NCBI GenBank assembly: GCA_037447605.1
Contig: CM074814.1
Coordinates: 1,426,001-1,490,000 of the forward strand
Source of the DNA: Zygnema circumcarinatum SAG 698-1b
Taxonomy: Eukaryota; Plantae; Zygnematophyceae
DNA: 64,000 nt
Direction of reading: 5' to 3'
Below, in pieces: positions 28,301 through 40,700 of the stretch (its first letter is position 1; every line of letters starts with the position of its first letter). Made by a program: the position numbers and the translations under genes. The notes under the pieces are model-generated. The model ran no database searches, was not told the origin of the DNA, and saw only the letters and a list, made by a program, of their open reading frames with translations.

Positions 28301-31300
28301 TTCTGCAGTATTTGTTCAAAAGGTGATTGGAGAGTGCTATTGAGGCCAATACTTGGAACTTTTCGAGTGATGTTTTGCTCATATTTACCAATATGTATCG
28401 CAGGTACTGGATTCAATCTATGCGTAAGGCTAAAACAACGATGCTTTTGATTTTGATTTAACTTATCTTGCCCAGTTTCCTGAGCGACTTTCTTTCTAAG
28501 CTTTATAATAGCGTCTACTATTGCTTCTGGTTTGGGTGGGCAACCTGGTAGATAGACATCTACAGGAATTAATTTGTCTACTCCCCTGACAGTGCTGTAA
28601 GAATCTGTGCTAAACATTCCACCTGTAATTGTGCAAGCGCCCATAGCAATTACATATTTGGGTTCTGGCATTTGTTCATACAATCTGACTAAAGAAGGCG
28701 CCATTTTCATAGTTACAGTGCCTGCGGTAATAATTAAATCCGCTTGTCGTGGACTAGATCTAGGCACTAATCCATATCTATCAAAATNNNNNNNNNNTCA
28801 ATTGAAGCACAATTTTGTACAATGAATCACTCATGGATTAATTATCTAATCCTTGAGAAACGTATTCTAACAATACTAAGTGGGGTGAAATTTTATATCA
28901 ATAATATTTATAGAAAGGAATTTGACCAATAAATTTTGTATTTCGCTATATTTAACTCTTCTGCATATTGACAAATATGCAAAACTACAACGATTACCTA
29001 GGTAATACACAGCCAAAATTGATATAAAAATTGCACATAGCAGACAATTTTTTGTGAGTGTGAATGCTTTTCTTTAGGTTAGTTGAATTATAGCTTTCTT
29101 TGTATTACTTCTATAGTCAACAAAAGTTTCACTATATTAAAAAATCATTGCAAGTATCTAGCTATAATCTTGATAACCATTAGATTAAATTGAAAGTCAA
29201 AATCAGGATTGTTCTATTCCTAATACTTATATAGCTGGTCAACCCAAGTTATAAATTTTAGTCAAAGTATATAAAAATTTAAGTAGTTAACAGATAAATC
29301 ACTAATATTGGGGTTGCAGTATTAATATACCAATAACCCAACCACAATATTAGTGACCTTAGTTTCAAGCCAATTACTAGCAATCAATGCAGCAAGGAAT
29401 GTATGAATTGTTGACGCAATTAATAGTTCTTTAAGTACAAATATAAGCAAATCTAATACAGCAAGTATACGCTTGAAAATGCAGTTACTTAGTCACAACT
29501 TAAGCGCTCATTAAAGACTTTCAATAAACAATAAGATATCCATATATGCCTATGAATAAATTGTCCTATCGATGCATGTTGTTACAGTGTAAATAAAAAT
29601 TCAATGTATTTTTTAAAAAACACAATTCCAAGTGTTGAGTTCCAACACAGAGTGATTGATTTCTTATAAAATAAACATATAAAATGCTTGCTCGAATCAA
29701 AGTGAAAGAATAGTTTTCAAACGCAAATTCAACTTCATGATAATCAAATCATTAGCATTCTAATTCTACATAACCTTAATAAGCATCTTGTAGTTCGTAA
29801 AAATCTGGAGTTATGTAGTCTTTACGCAATGGCCATCCAAGCCAACTTTCTGGCATTAGAATTCTTTTTAAGTGAGGATGATTGTTATAGACAATGCCAA
29901 ACATATCATAAGATTCTCTTTCTTGAAAGTCTGCACTTTTCCAAATCCAAAAGCATGATGGAATACAAGGTTGTTTTCTAGATACAAATAATTTTACACA
30001 AAGTTCTTCAGGTTGATCTGCACAATCTTGTACTTTTGTTAAATGGTATACGCTAGCTAAGGCGCTTCCTGGTGCTACATCGTAGGCACATTGACATCTT
30101 AAGTAATTAAATCCATAAACATATAAAGCTACAGCTACGGAAGGCCAATCTTCTGGTCTTACTTCAATTGTTTCCACTCCTTGATAATCAAATCCTAAAG
30201 GTCTATGTGGTAACTTATGCGTTACAAGCCAAGCAGACAAACGTCCTTGCATTTGTGAAAAACTTGAAAAATACAGATTGGTCATTGCATACCTCCTGTT
30301 CCATTTTCTTCTGCATTGGTATATATCTTCTCGTATGATTGTGGTTCATTAATGAGTAAGGTATTTTCTGTAACAGCCTCAAAAGAGTTCTGCAGTATTT
30401 GTTCAAAAGGTGATTGGAGAGTGCTATTGAGGCCAATACTTGGAACTTTTCGAGTGATGTTTTGCTCATATTTACCAATATGTATCGCAGGTACTGGATT
30501 CAATCTATGCGTAAGGCTAAAACAACGATGCTTTTGATTTTGATTTAACTTATCTTGCCCAGTTTCCTGAGCGACTTTCTTTCTAAGCTTTATAATAGCG
30601 TCTACTATTGCTTCTGGTTTGGGTGGGCAACCTGGTAGATAGACATCTACAGGAATTAATTTGTCTACTCCCCTGACAGTGCTGTAAGAATCTGTGCTAA
30701 ACATTCCACCTGTAATTGTGCAAGCGCCCATAGCAATTACATATTTGGGTTCTGGCATTTGTTCATACAATCTGACTAAAGAAGGCGCCATTTTCATAGT
30801 TACAGTGCCTGCGGTAATAATTAAATCCGCTTGTCGTGGACTAGATCTAGGCACTAATCCATATCTATCAAAATNNNNNNNNNNTCAATTGAAGCACAAT
30901 TTTGTACAATGAATCACTCATGGATTAATTATCTAATCCTTGAGAAACGTATTCTAACAATACTAAGTGGGGTGAAATTTTATATCAATAATATTTATAG
31001 AAAGGAATTTGACCAATAAATTTTGTATTTCGCTATATTTAACTCTTCTGCATATTGACAAATATGCAAAACTACAACGATTACCTAGGTAATACACAGC
31101 CAAAATTGATATAAAAATTGCACATAGCAGACAATTTTTTGTGAGTGTGAATGCTTTTCTTTAGGTTAGTTGAATTATAGCTTTCTTTGTATTACTTCTA
31201 TAGTCAACAAAAGTTTCACTATATTAAAAAATCATTGCAAGTATCTAGCTATAATCTTGATAACCATTAGATTAAATTGAAAGTCAAAATCAGGATTGTT

Positions 31301-34300
31301 CTATTCCTAATACTTATATAGCTGGTCAACCCAAGTTATAAATTTTAGTCAAAGTATATAAAAATTTAAGTAGTTAACAGATAAATCACTAATATTGGGG
31401 TTGCAGTATTAATATACCAATAACCCAACCACAATATTAGTGACCTTAGTTTCAAGCCAATTACTAGCAATCAATGCAGCAAGGAATGTATGAATTGTTG
31501 ACGCAATTAATAGTTCTTTAAGTACAAATATAAGCAAATCTAATACAGCAAGTATACGCTTGAAAATGCAGTTACTTAGTCACAACTTAAGCGCTCATTA
31601 AAGACTTTCAATAAACAATAAGATATCCATATATGCCTATGAATAAATTGTCCTATCGATGCATGTTGTTACAGTGTAAATAAAAATTCAATGTATTTTT
31701 TAAAAAACACAATTCCAAGTGTTGAGTTCCAACACAGAGTGATTGATTTCTTATAAAATAAACATATAAAATGCTTGCTCGAATCAAAGTGAAAGAATAG
31801 TTTTCAAACGCAAATTCAACTTCATGATAATCAAATCATTAGCATTCTAATTCTACATAACCTTAATAAGCATCTTGTAGTTCGTAAAAATCTGGAGTTA
31901 TGTAGTCTTTACGCAATGGCCATCCAAGCCAACTTTCTGGCATTAGAATTCTTTTTAAGTGAGGATGATTGTTATAGACAATGCCAAACATATCATAAGA
32001 TTCTCTTTCTTGAAAGTCTGCACTTTTCCAAATCCAAAAGCATGATGGAATACAAGGTTGTTTTCTAGATACAAATAATTTTACACAAAGTTCTTCAGGT
32101 TGATCTGCACAATCTTGTACTTTTGTTAAATGGTATACGCTAGCTAAGGCGCTTCCTGGTGCTACATCGTAGGCACATTGACATCTTAAGTAATTAAATC
32201 CATAAACATATAAAGCTACAGCTACGGAAGGCCAATCTTCTGGTCTTACTTCAATTGTTTCCACTCCTTGATAATCAAATCCTAAAGGTCTATGTGGTAA
32301 CTTATGCGTTACAAGCCAAGCAGACAAACGTCCTTGCATTTGTGAAAAACTTGAAAAATACAGATTGGTCATTGCATACCTCCTGTTCCATTTTCTTCTG
32401 CATTGGTATATATCTTCTCGTATGATTGTGGTTCATTAATGAGTAAGGTATTTTCTGTAACAGCCTCAAAAGAGTTCTGCAGTATTTGTTCAAAAGGTGA
32501 TTGGAGAGTGCTATTGAGGCCAATACTTGGAACTTTTCGAGTGATGTTTTGCTCATATTTACCAATATGTATCGCAGGTACTGGATTCAATCTATGCGTA
32601 AGGCTAAAACAACGATGCTTTTGATTTTGATTTAACTTATCTTGCCCAGTTTCCTGAGCGACTTTCTTTCTAAGCTTTATAATAGCGTCTACTATTGCTT
32701 CTGGTTTGGGTGGGCAACCTGGTAGATAGACATCTACAGGAATTAATTTGTCTACTCCCCTGACAGTGCTGTAAGAATCTGTGCTAAACATTCCACCTGT
32801 AATTGTGCAAGCGCCCATAGCAATTACATATTTGGGTTCTGGCATTTGTTCATACAATCTGACTAAAGAAGGCGCCATTTTCATAGTTACAGTGCCTGCG
32901 GTAATAATTAAATCCGCTTGTCGTGGACTAGATCTAGGCACTAATCCATATCTATCAAAATNNNNNNNNNNTCAATTGAAGCACAATTTTGTACAATGAA
33001 TCACTCATGGATTAATTATCTAATCCTTGAGAAACGTATTCTAACAATACTAAGTGGGGTGAAATTTTATATCAATAATATTTATAGAAAGGAATTTGAC
33101 CAATAAATTTTGTATTTCGCTATATTTAACTCTTCTGCATATTGACAAATATGCAAAACTACAACGATTACCTAGGTAATACACAGCCAAAATTGATATA
33201 AAAATTGCACATAGCAGACAATTTTTTGTGAGTGTGAATGCTTTTCTTTAGGTTAGTTGAATTATAGCTTTCTTTGTATTACTTCTATAGTCAACAAAAG
33301 TTTCACTATATTAAAAAATCATTGCAAGTATCTAGCTATAATCTTGATAACCATTAGATTAAATTGAAAGTCAAAATCAGGATTGTTCTATTCCTAATAC
33401 TTATATAGCTGGTCAACCCAAGTTATAAATTTTAGTCAAAGTATATAAAAATTTAAGTAGTTAACAGATAAATCACTAATATTGGGGTTGCAGTATTAAT
33501 ATACCAATAACCCAACCACAATATTAGTGACCTTAGTTTCAAGCCAATTACTAGCAATCAATGCAGCAAGGAATGTATGAATTGTTGACGCAATTAATAG
33601 TTCTTTAAGTACAAATATAAGCAAATCTAATACAGCAAGTATACGCTTGAAAATGCAGTTACTTAGTCACAACTTAAGCGCTCATTAAAGACTTTCAATA
33701 AACAATAAGATATCCATATATGCCTATGAATAAATTGTCCTATCGATGCATGTTGTTACAGTGTAAATAAAAATTCAATGTATTTTTTAAAAAACACAAT
33801 TCCAAGTGTTGAGTTCCAACACAGAGTGATTGATTTCTTATAAAATAAACATATAAAATGCTTGCTCGAATCAAAGTGAAAGAATAGTTTTCAAACGCAA
33901 ATTCAACTTCATGATAATCAAATCATTAGCATTCTAATTCTACATAACCTTAATAAGCATCTTGTAGTTCGTAAAAATCTGGAGTTATGTAGTCTTTACG
34001 CAATGGCCATCCAAGCCAACTTTCTGGCATTAGAATTCTTTTTAAGTGAGGATGATTGTTATAGACAATGCCAAACATATCATAAGATTCTCTTTCTTGA
34101 AAGTCTGCACTTTTCCAAATCCAAAAGCATGATGGAATACAAGGTTGTTTTCTAGATACAAATAATTCTTTTCGTTTTAGTTTCTCCACGCCTTAGTAAT
34201 GTTTGCACTCTTGTGGAGGGGATGATGCAGCAATTGACGAGTCTACGTTTTCTTTGAAGACCCTGCATGGAGGAGACAGCAGAAAGGAAGACGAAGTCAG

Positions 34301-34355
34301 GTACAGCATCGTCCAGAAGACGCTTCAATTCGAGAATGAAATCATGAGATCATGA
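25309..34355 (+). CDS. SWSAP1: SWSAP1-like RecA/RAD51-paralog-fold ATPase, 7 exons, 241 aa
   Basis: Manually spliced exons 25309-25406, 25553-25673, 26255-26298, 26614-26724, 26932-27039, 27337-27455 and 34231-34355 join in frame with GT-AG boundaries (726 nt). Walker [16 protein letters not shown]; Walker [12 protein letters not shown]; segments [32 protein letters not shown] and FSLK...[10 protein letters not shown] resemble plant SWSAP1-like proteins as I recall them. The family name is not database-verified. Confidence 0.75.
27731..28198 (-). pseudogene. ndhJ: ndhJ copy 1, 3'-truncated, six substitutions near the junction
   Basis: Matches the other copies except for changes at 27745, 27768, 27799, 27821, 27823 and 27830, and loss of the last 13 codons. 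Confidence 0.9.
28195..28787 (-). pseudogene. ndhK: ndhK fragment copy 1 (5' end lost at N gap)
   Basis: [63 protein letters not shown]...GCPPKPEAI; the N-terminal part is absent. Confidence 0.93.
29776..30285 (-). CDS. ndhJ: Plastid NdhJ, complete reading frame, copy 2
   Basis: [36 protein letters not shown]...[15 protein letters not shown]...[22 protein letters not shown]; conventional start probably at 30252. Confidence 0.95.
   Translation of the reverse strand: MTNLYFSSFSQMQGRLSAWLVTHKLPHRPLGFDYQGVETIEVRPEDWPSVAVALYVYGFNYLRCQCAYDVAPGSALASVYHLTKVQDCADQPEELCVKLFVSRKQPCIPSCFWIWKSADFQERESYDMFGIVYNNHPHLKRILMPESWLGWPLRKDYITPDFYELQDAY
30282..30874 (-). pseudogene. ndhK: ndhK fragment copy 2
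   Basis: Same translation as copy 1, offset 2087 bp. Confidence 0.93.
31863..32372 (-). CDS. ndhJ: Plastid NdhJ, complete reading frame, copy 3
   Basis: Same translation as copy 2, offset 2087 bp. Confidence 0.95.
   Translation of the reverse strand: MTNLYFSSFSQMQGRLSAWLVTHKLPHRPLGFDYQGVETIEVRPEDWPSVAVALYVYGFNYLRCQCAYDVAPGSALASVYHLTKVQDCADQPEELCVKLFVSRKQPCIPSCFWIWKSADFQERESYDMFGIVYNNHPHLKRILMPESWLGWPLRKDYITPDFYELQDAY
32369..32961 (-). pseudogene. ndhK: ndhK fragment copy 3
   Basis: Same translation as copies 1-2. Confidence 0.93.
33950..34167 (-). pseudogene. ndhJ: ndhJ 3' fragment, copy 4
   Basis: [31 protein letters not shown]...ELQDAY*; the 5' part is replaced by nuclear sequence at 34168. 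Confidence 0.92.
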
Positions 34356-35150
34356 AGTGATTGGAGGCCTACTGTCCTGGCCCTTACTGTATACAAAAAT
34401 AAAAGTGGGCTAAAGAATAAAAGGCAAACGGTGTACCATGCCGTGAAGCAGGGCAGGATTTCCTTCACTATATGGCGTAAGCACAGTCAGCGGGGTTGTA
34501 GCTGATGTGAGAGCAAGTAGATTCCTCCATGTAACTCTCCATCCTTTTGTATAACAATGGAGCTGAAGTGGCTTCACAATGTTCATCAAGCGTCGGACGT
34601 GTAGCCGTGGCCTGCTTTTCTTTTTAGTGCTGGGATTAAGCATTGTTCCAAAGCTGGGCAGCTAACCGACCAGTGATAGGGCTTACCTCCACCTCGAACA
34701 TTAGTTAGTTGCTCGGTTTGCATCATTTTGGAGCTCTGACCAATTCCAATTGCTTTTGGTACAAAACTAACCTTGTCAATATGTGCATAAGAGGCAAGGC
34801 TTGGGCGTGCTTTGTCATATTTAGGGCTTCATTGTTTTGGACATGTTGTTGGCCTCATGCGATCAGTCATCTCCCCGTCGCACTCTGTGGAAGATTTCGA
34901 GTTCAGAACTTTCACGAATGTCGCCCTCACAGATGTCCTTTGCTCTTCTTAGTTTCAGTTCCAGTTTCAGTTTCATTGCAGGCCTTTCAAGGACAGATCA
35001 TCCCACAGAGGTTCGCAGTTGCTGCAGTTGTTGTTGTCGCAGTTGCTGCAGCTGCCATCCATGCTCTCCCGCGGCCGTCATAGCTCAGGTGGCGAGAGAG
35101 CAGGGCGAGAGCGCGAGTCGGAGAGAAAGCGAGAGAGAGAAAGAGGTACC

Positions 35151-35197
35151 GGGAGGGAGGGAGGGAGGGAGGGAGGGAGGGAGGGAGGGAGGGAGGG
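35151..35197. repeat. (GGGA)11 tract, G-quadruplex-capable
   Basis: Eleven GGGA units plus GGG, preceded by a GA-rich tract at 35090-35145. Confidence 0.9.
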
Positions 35198-35741
35198 CCG
35201 TCCATCTGACGGCTGGATGGGGCGGCATCCGACGGGGGAGCTGGTGATAAAACCCGCCCTTTTTTTTAAGGCAGAAATCCCATCTTATTTTTACAGAAAT
35301 GTTGACATGGGGCAGTGGAGAAAGAGAGGGCAAGCAATCAAGCTTATCACAAAGCAATTGTGCGCGGTTTTTTAAGGCCAGCAGTACTGCCCCCCTGACA
35401 TGCGTGTCGTGTTGCGGCACTGATGTTTCTGTGAAGCATAGATAGGTCCAATTAATGCTGGTTACCGAGGCAACCTATGAATTGCCATACTGCGACTCAG
35501 GATCAACTTCACAGTTTTCCTCAGCTTCACAGTTTTCAATAAGAGCAATGTGACATATGCGGCCATATAAATATTACGTATCACTCCTGTCTGTTTTATG
35601 GCTTGACCTACCTTGGTCAAAGACAGACATAATTCCAGGAATACACCTTAAACCTTAAAGCTTGGTCAAAAAGGAATATCGTACACCGTAAACTAGTACT
35701 AACATGTATAAAGCGCAACTTGACTGTCAACTTTCCTGTGT

Positions 35742-36606
35742 CTATATTGGAAAGCAATTATAGAGCGAAGGGTAGACGGCTGTCGCGGGTTGTGACATGA
35801 TGCGGTTCCCTTCGGCCGCATTGCACACGTGCAGGACGAGGCCGACTGGCCAGAACACGACAGCTGTCGCTGCATACGCCACCGAGGCGAACACGAACCC
35901 GATCGGCTGCACACACAAAGGGACGGCAACTTCAGTTTAATGTTTCAATCATTTTTGAAAGCGCAAAGGGCTCGGCTCCAGTGGTGCGAAAAATATTCGA
36001 AAATACTCAATAGTGACGTAAGTGTGTGATCAGACAGCTTTAGAAGGTTCATCGCAGAGCATTCTGTACCATGAATACGTCAGCCAGAAGTCTGTTTTGA
36101 AAAAAGCAACGTTCTATTACAGACCTGAATACGTTAGCCACTGTGAAGAACTCTACAACCTGATGGCAAACACACGTCCTTGCTAGTAACTTTGCATGCA
36201 GTTCTATCTGTCGGAGTGCCTAGCGAGGGACCAGGCGCATTGCTAGTCCTAAACGTAGCTCATCAAGCAGCAGTTTAAAACTAGTTTGCAAGCATCTAAG
36301 CAAACTAGACCGATGGCTTCATTCCAGTCCGCCTCGGCATTTTACTCCGACATTTCCATGATTGCGAAGCTCAGTCTAACATTGAGCTTCTGTTTCCCTC
36401 AACTTACAACTGTCAAAATCATACTTTTGCTATCAGCTTTTTCGACCAGCATTCCCCAAGATTTCTGATTACAAGAACCACATGCACAGCTCCAGCCATA
36501 CCTTCACAGTATTGGTGCCGCCCAGCTGATTCCCTGTGAACTGCGGGCAGAGCACAGGCCCCGCCAGGCCTCCCCCGCTCGCCAAAGGCCCTCCGGCAGC
36601 CGCCAT
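35742..36606 (-). CDS. Small membrane micro-protein paralog A, 89 aa, two exons (36502-36606, 35742-35906)
   Basis: MAAAGGPLASGGGLAGPVLCPQFTGNQLGGTNTVK | PIGFVFASVAYAATAVVFWPVGLVLHVCNAAEGNRIMSQPATAVYPSLYNCFPI*. Donor AAG/GTATGG, acceptor GTGCAG/. Exon 2 is strongly similar to paralogs B and C. Not in the ORF track. Confidence 0.85.
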
Positions 36607-36730
36607 TTCTCCTTACAAAAAAGACTTTTTCTGTCCTCACTTGTGGCGCTGACCTTTCCTTTTTAATACTATATGGCGACTTGCCAGCGAGCGCACCTCC
36701 TGCAACCCCGCCGCCTGCCGGCCCTTTCAT

Positions 36731-36966
36731 TATATACTCCTGCAGCAGCCCTGATGACCGGCGGGCGCCCTCCAATGGCGGCTGCCGCGTGGGCCGTCCT
36801 GCACACGTGGCGAATTCCCATTGGGGGACGCTCGGCTGCAGTTCCAGCAGGCGGCGGCCGCCGGGGAGGAAGGCCACTTGGCGCCGAACGATCAGCCCAC
36901 GTGGCAAGCTAAAAGGGCGGCGCGTGGCGGAGTGGCCAAGCTCCGTCTGTTTCAGTCCGCCACGTG
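36731..36966 (-). promoter_or_regulatory. TATA plus G-box/ABRE cluster upstream of paralog A
   Basis: TATATAAT (minus strand, ~36729-36736); CACGTG at 36804 (ACACGTGGC), 36898 (CCACGTGGC) and 36961 (CCACGTGTC). Confidence 0.65.
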
Positions 36967-37194
36967 TCGCTGTGATTAGTCGGGTCATCGTACGGATTTC
37001 CGTACGACCAGTTTCCTTGAAGAACAGGACGAGCCAGTTCGGGTAGCTATAGAACCGCTCAGTTCGACAAGGTCCAGTTTGAAACTGTGTCACTGAGAAC
37101 ATGCTGCTGTGCAGAAAGTGGGCCTCGTGCGCGGCTCGTCCTTTAAGAGGGGACAGTGGGTCAGCGCCGCCTCGCCTCGCCTCGCCTGCTATGA

Positions 37195-37254
37195 ATGTAT
37201 GTATGTATGTATGTATGTATGTATGTATGTATGTATGTATGTATGTATGTATGT
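37195..37254. repeat. (ATGT)15 microsatellite
   Basis: About 15 perfect ATGT units. Confidence 0.92.
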
Positions 37255-37707
37255 ACGCCGCACTTTCTCACATGCTCCAAAGCGAGTGAGCGTAAAAATT
37301 CCACCCTTCCACCTGACAATGTTGGAACTTACATTCACCGGTATAACCACCGGTTCATGTGGTTTCAAGCAGGCTGAGAATTACAGTCCCTTGTTCCCTG
37401 ACAGTTTGGGAGCTTGCACTCAACTCGTGGTTTCAAGCAGGCTGAGAATTGAGGTGGACCAAGCAAGCAGCTCGACTGGAACACTGAGAAGATCACGAGC
37501 ATCTCTAAAGTATATTCACATTGCAGCCTCTGACCACAATACATCCTGAATACCAATCGCACCCGCAAAGGCGCGTTCCAAAATAGAAATGATAAGTTCC
37601 TTCGGCCAAACGAAGGCGAGGGCATTCTGCCCCAACAATTCTTTCGTGCAACTTTAAACTTGTTTGCAAGTTTGATGCTGCATAATTGAAGTCACATTCA
37701 GAATTGC

Positions 37708-40700
37708 TCATGTGCTCGAAGTGGGGTCCGAGTGGTTCCAATAGAGAACCGACCCCTTCCCGACCGGCCCGGACTCATAGCTGCGCGCTTTGAAGCCGCC
37801 GTATTCCCCATCGGCATATGCCACGCACAGGTCCAACATCTGCCGGAACACCTCACGATCCTTGTAGAATGCCTGGCTGCGAAACTCCTCTAAATCCATC
37901 CACTGCAGGTCCAACCCATGAATTCAAAAAAATCACTTCAATCACTTCACTTCGTATAAAGAAAAGGCAAGCATCCTGTCGCCTTCTTTAGGAAGACAGT
38001 GTACAAAAGCGCGTTCACATCCATGAATTGGAGATACTGTCAACCAAAGAATGTGAGCTACAGCAAGAGTTCGACCAACCTTGGCGTCTTCAATCTCCGC
38101 CTCCTGCTTTGTAATGTCTGACGAGAGGGGCCGAAGTGCGCAAACGAAGAAAAGATCGGATTTTCCAAAAGCAATTTGATGAGCTTGCCTGCAGCCCTCA
38201 GAACCGAGTTGCACTCTGAGCCTGTTTCCCCCTCATCTCACCGCATGTCCCTGTCTGTGGAACACACCAATCTGCCGCGAAAATTTACGAGGTTCGTTCT
38301 CCTGCTCTCATATCTGATTAGAGCATTCTCTGACAGAAAGCTACGCGATACTTCATTGGGCCTTGACTCAGATGCTGAGTCTGTACCTGAAGGTCAAAAC
38401 TGTCAAAAACTCCGTATCCACCTGTCCACACCCCACCTCTCCTAATGAATCTACAAATACAAAAACGAGCAACCTACTTCACCAAAGCAGATGACAAACA
38501 TTCGTCATGGAGATTGCCCTCTGCAAGCACTTTCAAGATAATTGAAGGGCTGAGAATGCAACATGCTGTTTCGGCAACAGAATCTTGAATGAGAACCTGA
38601 ACGGGAAAGAGCCCCCAATGTAACCACTTCTGCAATTCCTGCAATCACGCAGGAAAGCGAAAATGAGCAGACGCTTACCCCTGTTTCCTCTTTCACTTCC
38701 CGCACAGCGCCATCACAAATATCCTCCGCCTGCGGGCCGGAAAGTATGACAAAGGTCAGGTGTAGAAAACAAACTGCTAATTATAAAGACTAACTAATGA
38801 CTATGGCAATTCTCTGCCTTTCATCTTACGTCTGCATGGACTGATGTGGCAATCTCCACAGCAGATACAAGCTGTAAGCGTCCGCCTCTCACAAGTCAAT
38901 GAACTGCAGAGTGGCGCAACACAGATGGGGCGAGTGAGGTCTCTCCCTACCTCATTAACAAGTCCAGTTGGCATTTTCCACACTCCCATTCCGCGCAGAG
39001 GTCCATTCTTTTCCTGGATTGCCAGCACCTGAGAGCCCTCAACCGTTTCAGTGCAACTTTCGAAAGGACTTCACATGATTTAGTTCGATTAAAAGAACAG
39101 CATTCAAAGAGAAAAGAAGCCGTAAAGCAATGAAGGTATAAGTGAAATAAAGAGGCTGGCCCAAATCCTCACTCATCACGAATCATTGTTATCCAGTTCT
39201 AACCTACTGTACCATGCCTGAAAAGGTAGACGTGATTGGTTATGTGCTGTTTTACGATGGACGTTACAACTCAAGAGTCTCACTCTCACTGATATCGCGT
39301 CTAGGATAGGCAGAAGGAGAGATTCGTGATAGAGTGTAACTGTGCACCACTCCCTCGCTGCATATAACAAATTAGGTGCGAAACCCACTCAGTAAATACC
39401 CCGGATTCTTACCTGCCTCTTTTCGTTCATAACGAATGCTCCAATGCCGACCTGGTGTGAAGCATTTGGAGGAAGTGTTGAAGGAGTTGATGGCAGCCAG
39501 CGAGTAAGCATAACGTGGTTCGGCTCTGCATGGTGGTAAATGAAGCCTGCCTATCTTGCAACAAGTAACTCCGTGTCAGTAGTGCCACCAGAGATGGTGT
39601 CAAGGGCGGGTTTCGCATCGAAAAGCATCACTAGAAAATATTGGGAGAAAGACAAGAGGAAAAACGAACAAGAGTATTTTCATCAAGAGTTGAGCCCCTG
39701 AGGACTTTTGGAGCAATCTTTGATTCTCCGGGTTAATCCATTGAACAATAGTGGTAACGCGCTTTTCCTCGTTTGTAGCTTTTGTCTTCAAACTGCTAAA
39801 GACTCCTCTGTGCACATTCAGTGAAATTACCTCGATCGCAATGGGTACTAGCTTTGCATGAGCCAATGGAAGTTGTAGCCACACTCCCTTTTTCCCCTGC
39901 AACGCATAAATGCTGCAATTCAAGACTTTGCTAATCATTTGGACGCTAAGAGCCTAAAGCACGAATGGAGAAAAGGGTACACACAATTACCCAACGCCCA
40001 GCTCCCCAGACCCACCCTCTTTCCCCCTCCCCGCAAAACTCTTGCTTCTATCCCCTTGAATATAACTGGATAGTCTTCCAACCTTTTAGCCTTTCCGATC
40101 TCTGCGTCAAAAAACGCCTATGGAAACATCTAACGTTCAGCAAGAGCTAAGGCCGAGGCTGTTGGCTGCTTATGACAAGAAACGATGACAGGCAGGAGTT
40201 GGGCTGCACAAGGTTCAGATATGGCAGTACTAATCCAGTAAAATGTAATCAAGCTTCAATAGTTTAGGGTACCGCAGGATGTACCAGCGTCTGCCAAGCC
40301 TCCAAGGATGAATGGAGCTGTTGCCGGAACTCCCTCTCATCCAGCGGAATAGAAGAAGGGTTCACAATAATTCCGTCATATCGATCCTCTCTACCAATAA
40401 GTACCGCACCAGCTTGCACTTTGGAAAGCAGAGCATCATGTTGCACTTGAGGAAAACAGAAGGAGAGTTATAAACAAGGAGTTCAGCTGCAACTTCTGCT
40501 GGTTGAACAAATAGCTATAATACGAGATACATGGATGTACAGTGAATACGTCATTGGAAAGGTAAATGACGACGGATCTTGAGAGTGTATGTGAATGATT
40601 TCGGGAGAAATTTGAATTCTACAGGCATTCTCCGTTTCTCAGTACTCGTCCCTGCACACGCTACTAACGTCAACTTAGCCTATCCAATAAATTGGCGTAA

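Larger units (their letters stand above)
27731..34167. other. Plastid-derived DNA block (NUPT or assembly insert): 3 x 2087-bp period plus 176 bp, with 10-N gaps
   Basis: Abrupt shift to AT-rich DNA; apparently identical units containing ndhJ, truncated ndhK and ~1 kb of spacer; N runs at 28788-28797, 30875-30884 and 32962-32971; sharp junctions at 27731 and 34167. Confidence 0.95.

Noticed and set aside
28798-29775. tRNA or extra gene in the plastid spacer
   Set aside because: No cloverleaf or T-loop motif and no ORF seen; only a small hairpin (GTGTTG-agttc-CAACAC, ~29633).
27719-34189. Functional nuclear-encoded ndhJ/ndhK operon or horizontal transfer from a bacterium
   Set aside because: AT-rich plastid-style sequence, ndhK truncated at N gaps, no transit peptide, identical copies and an intronic location.
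36126-36160. Extra middle exon in micro-protein A (VVEFFTVANVFR)
   Set aside because: It would shift the frame or need a ~33-nt intron; the direct exon 1-exon 2 join matches paralogs B and C exactly.
36419-37102. 227-aa minus-strand ORF
   Set aside because: It runs through GC-rich promoter DNA and overlaps, in another frame, the first exon of micro-protein A, which has homology support.
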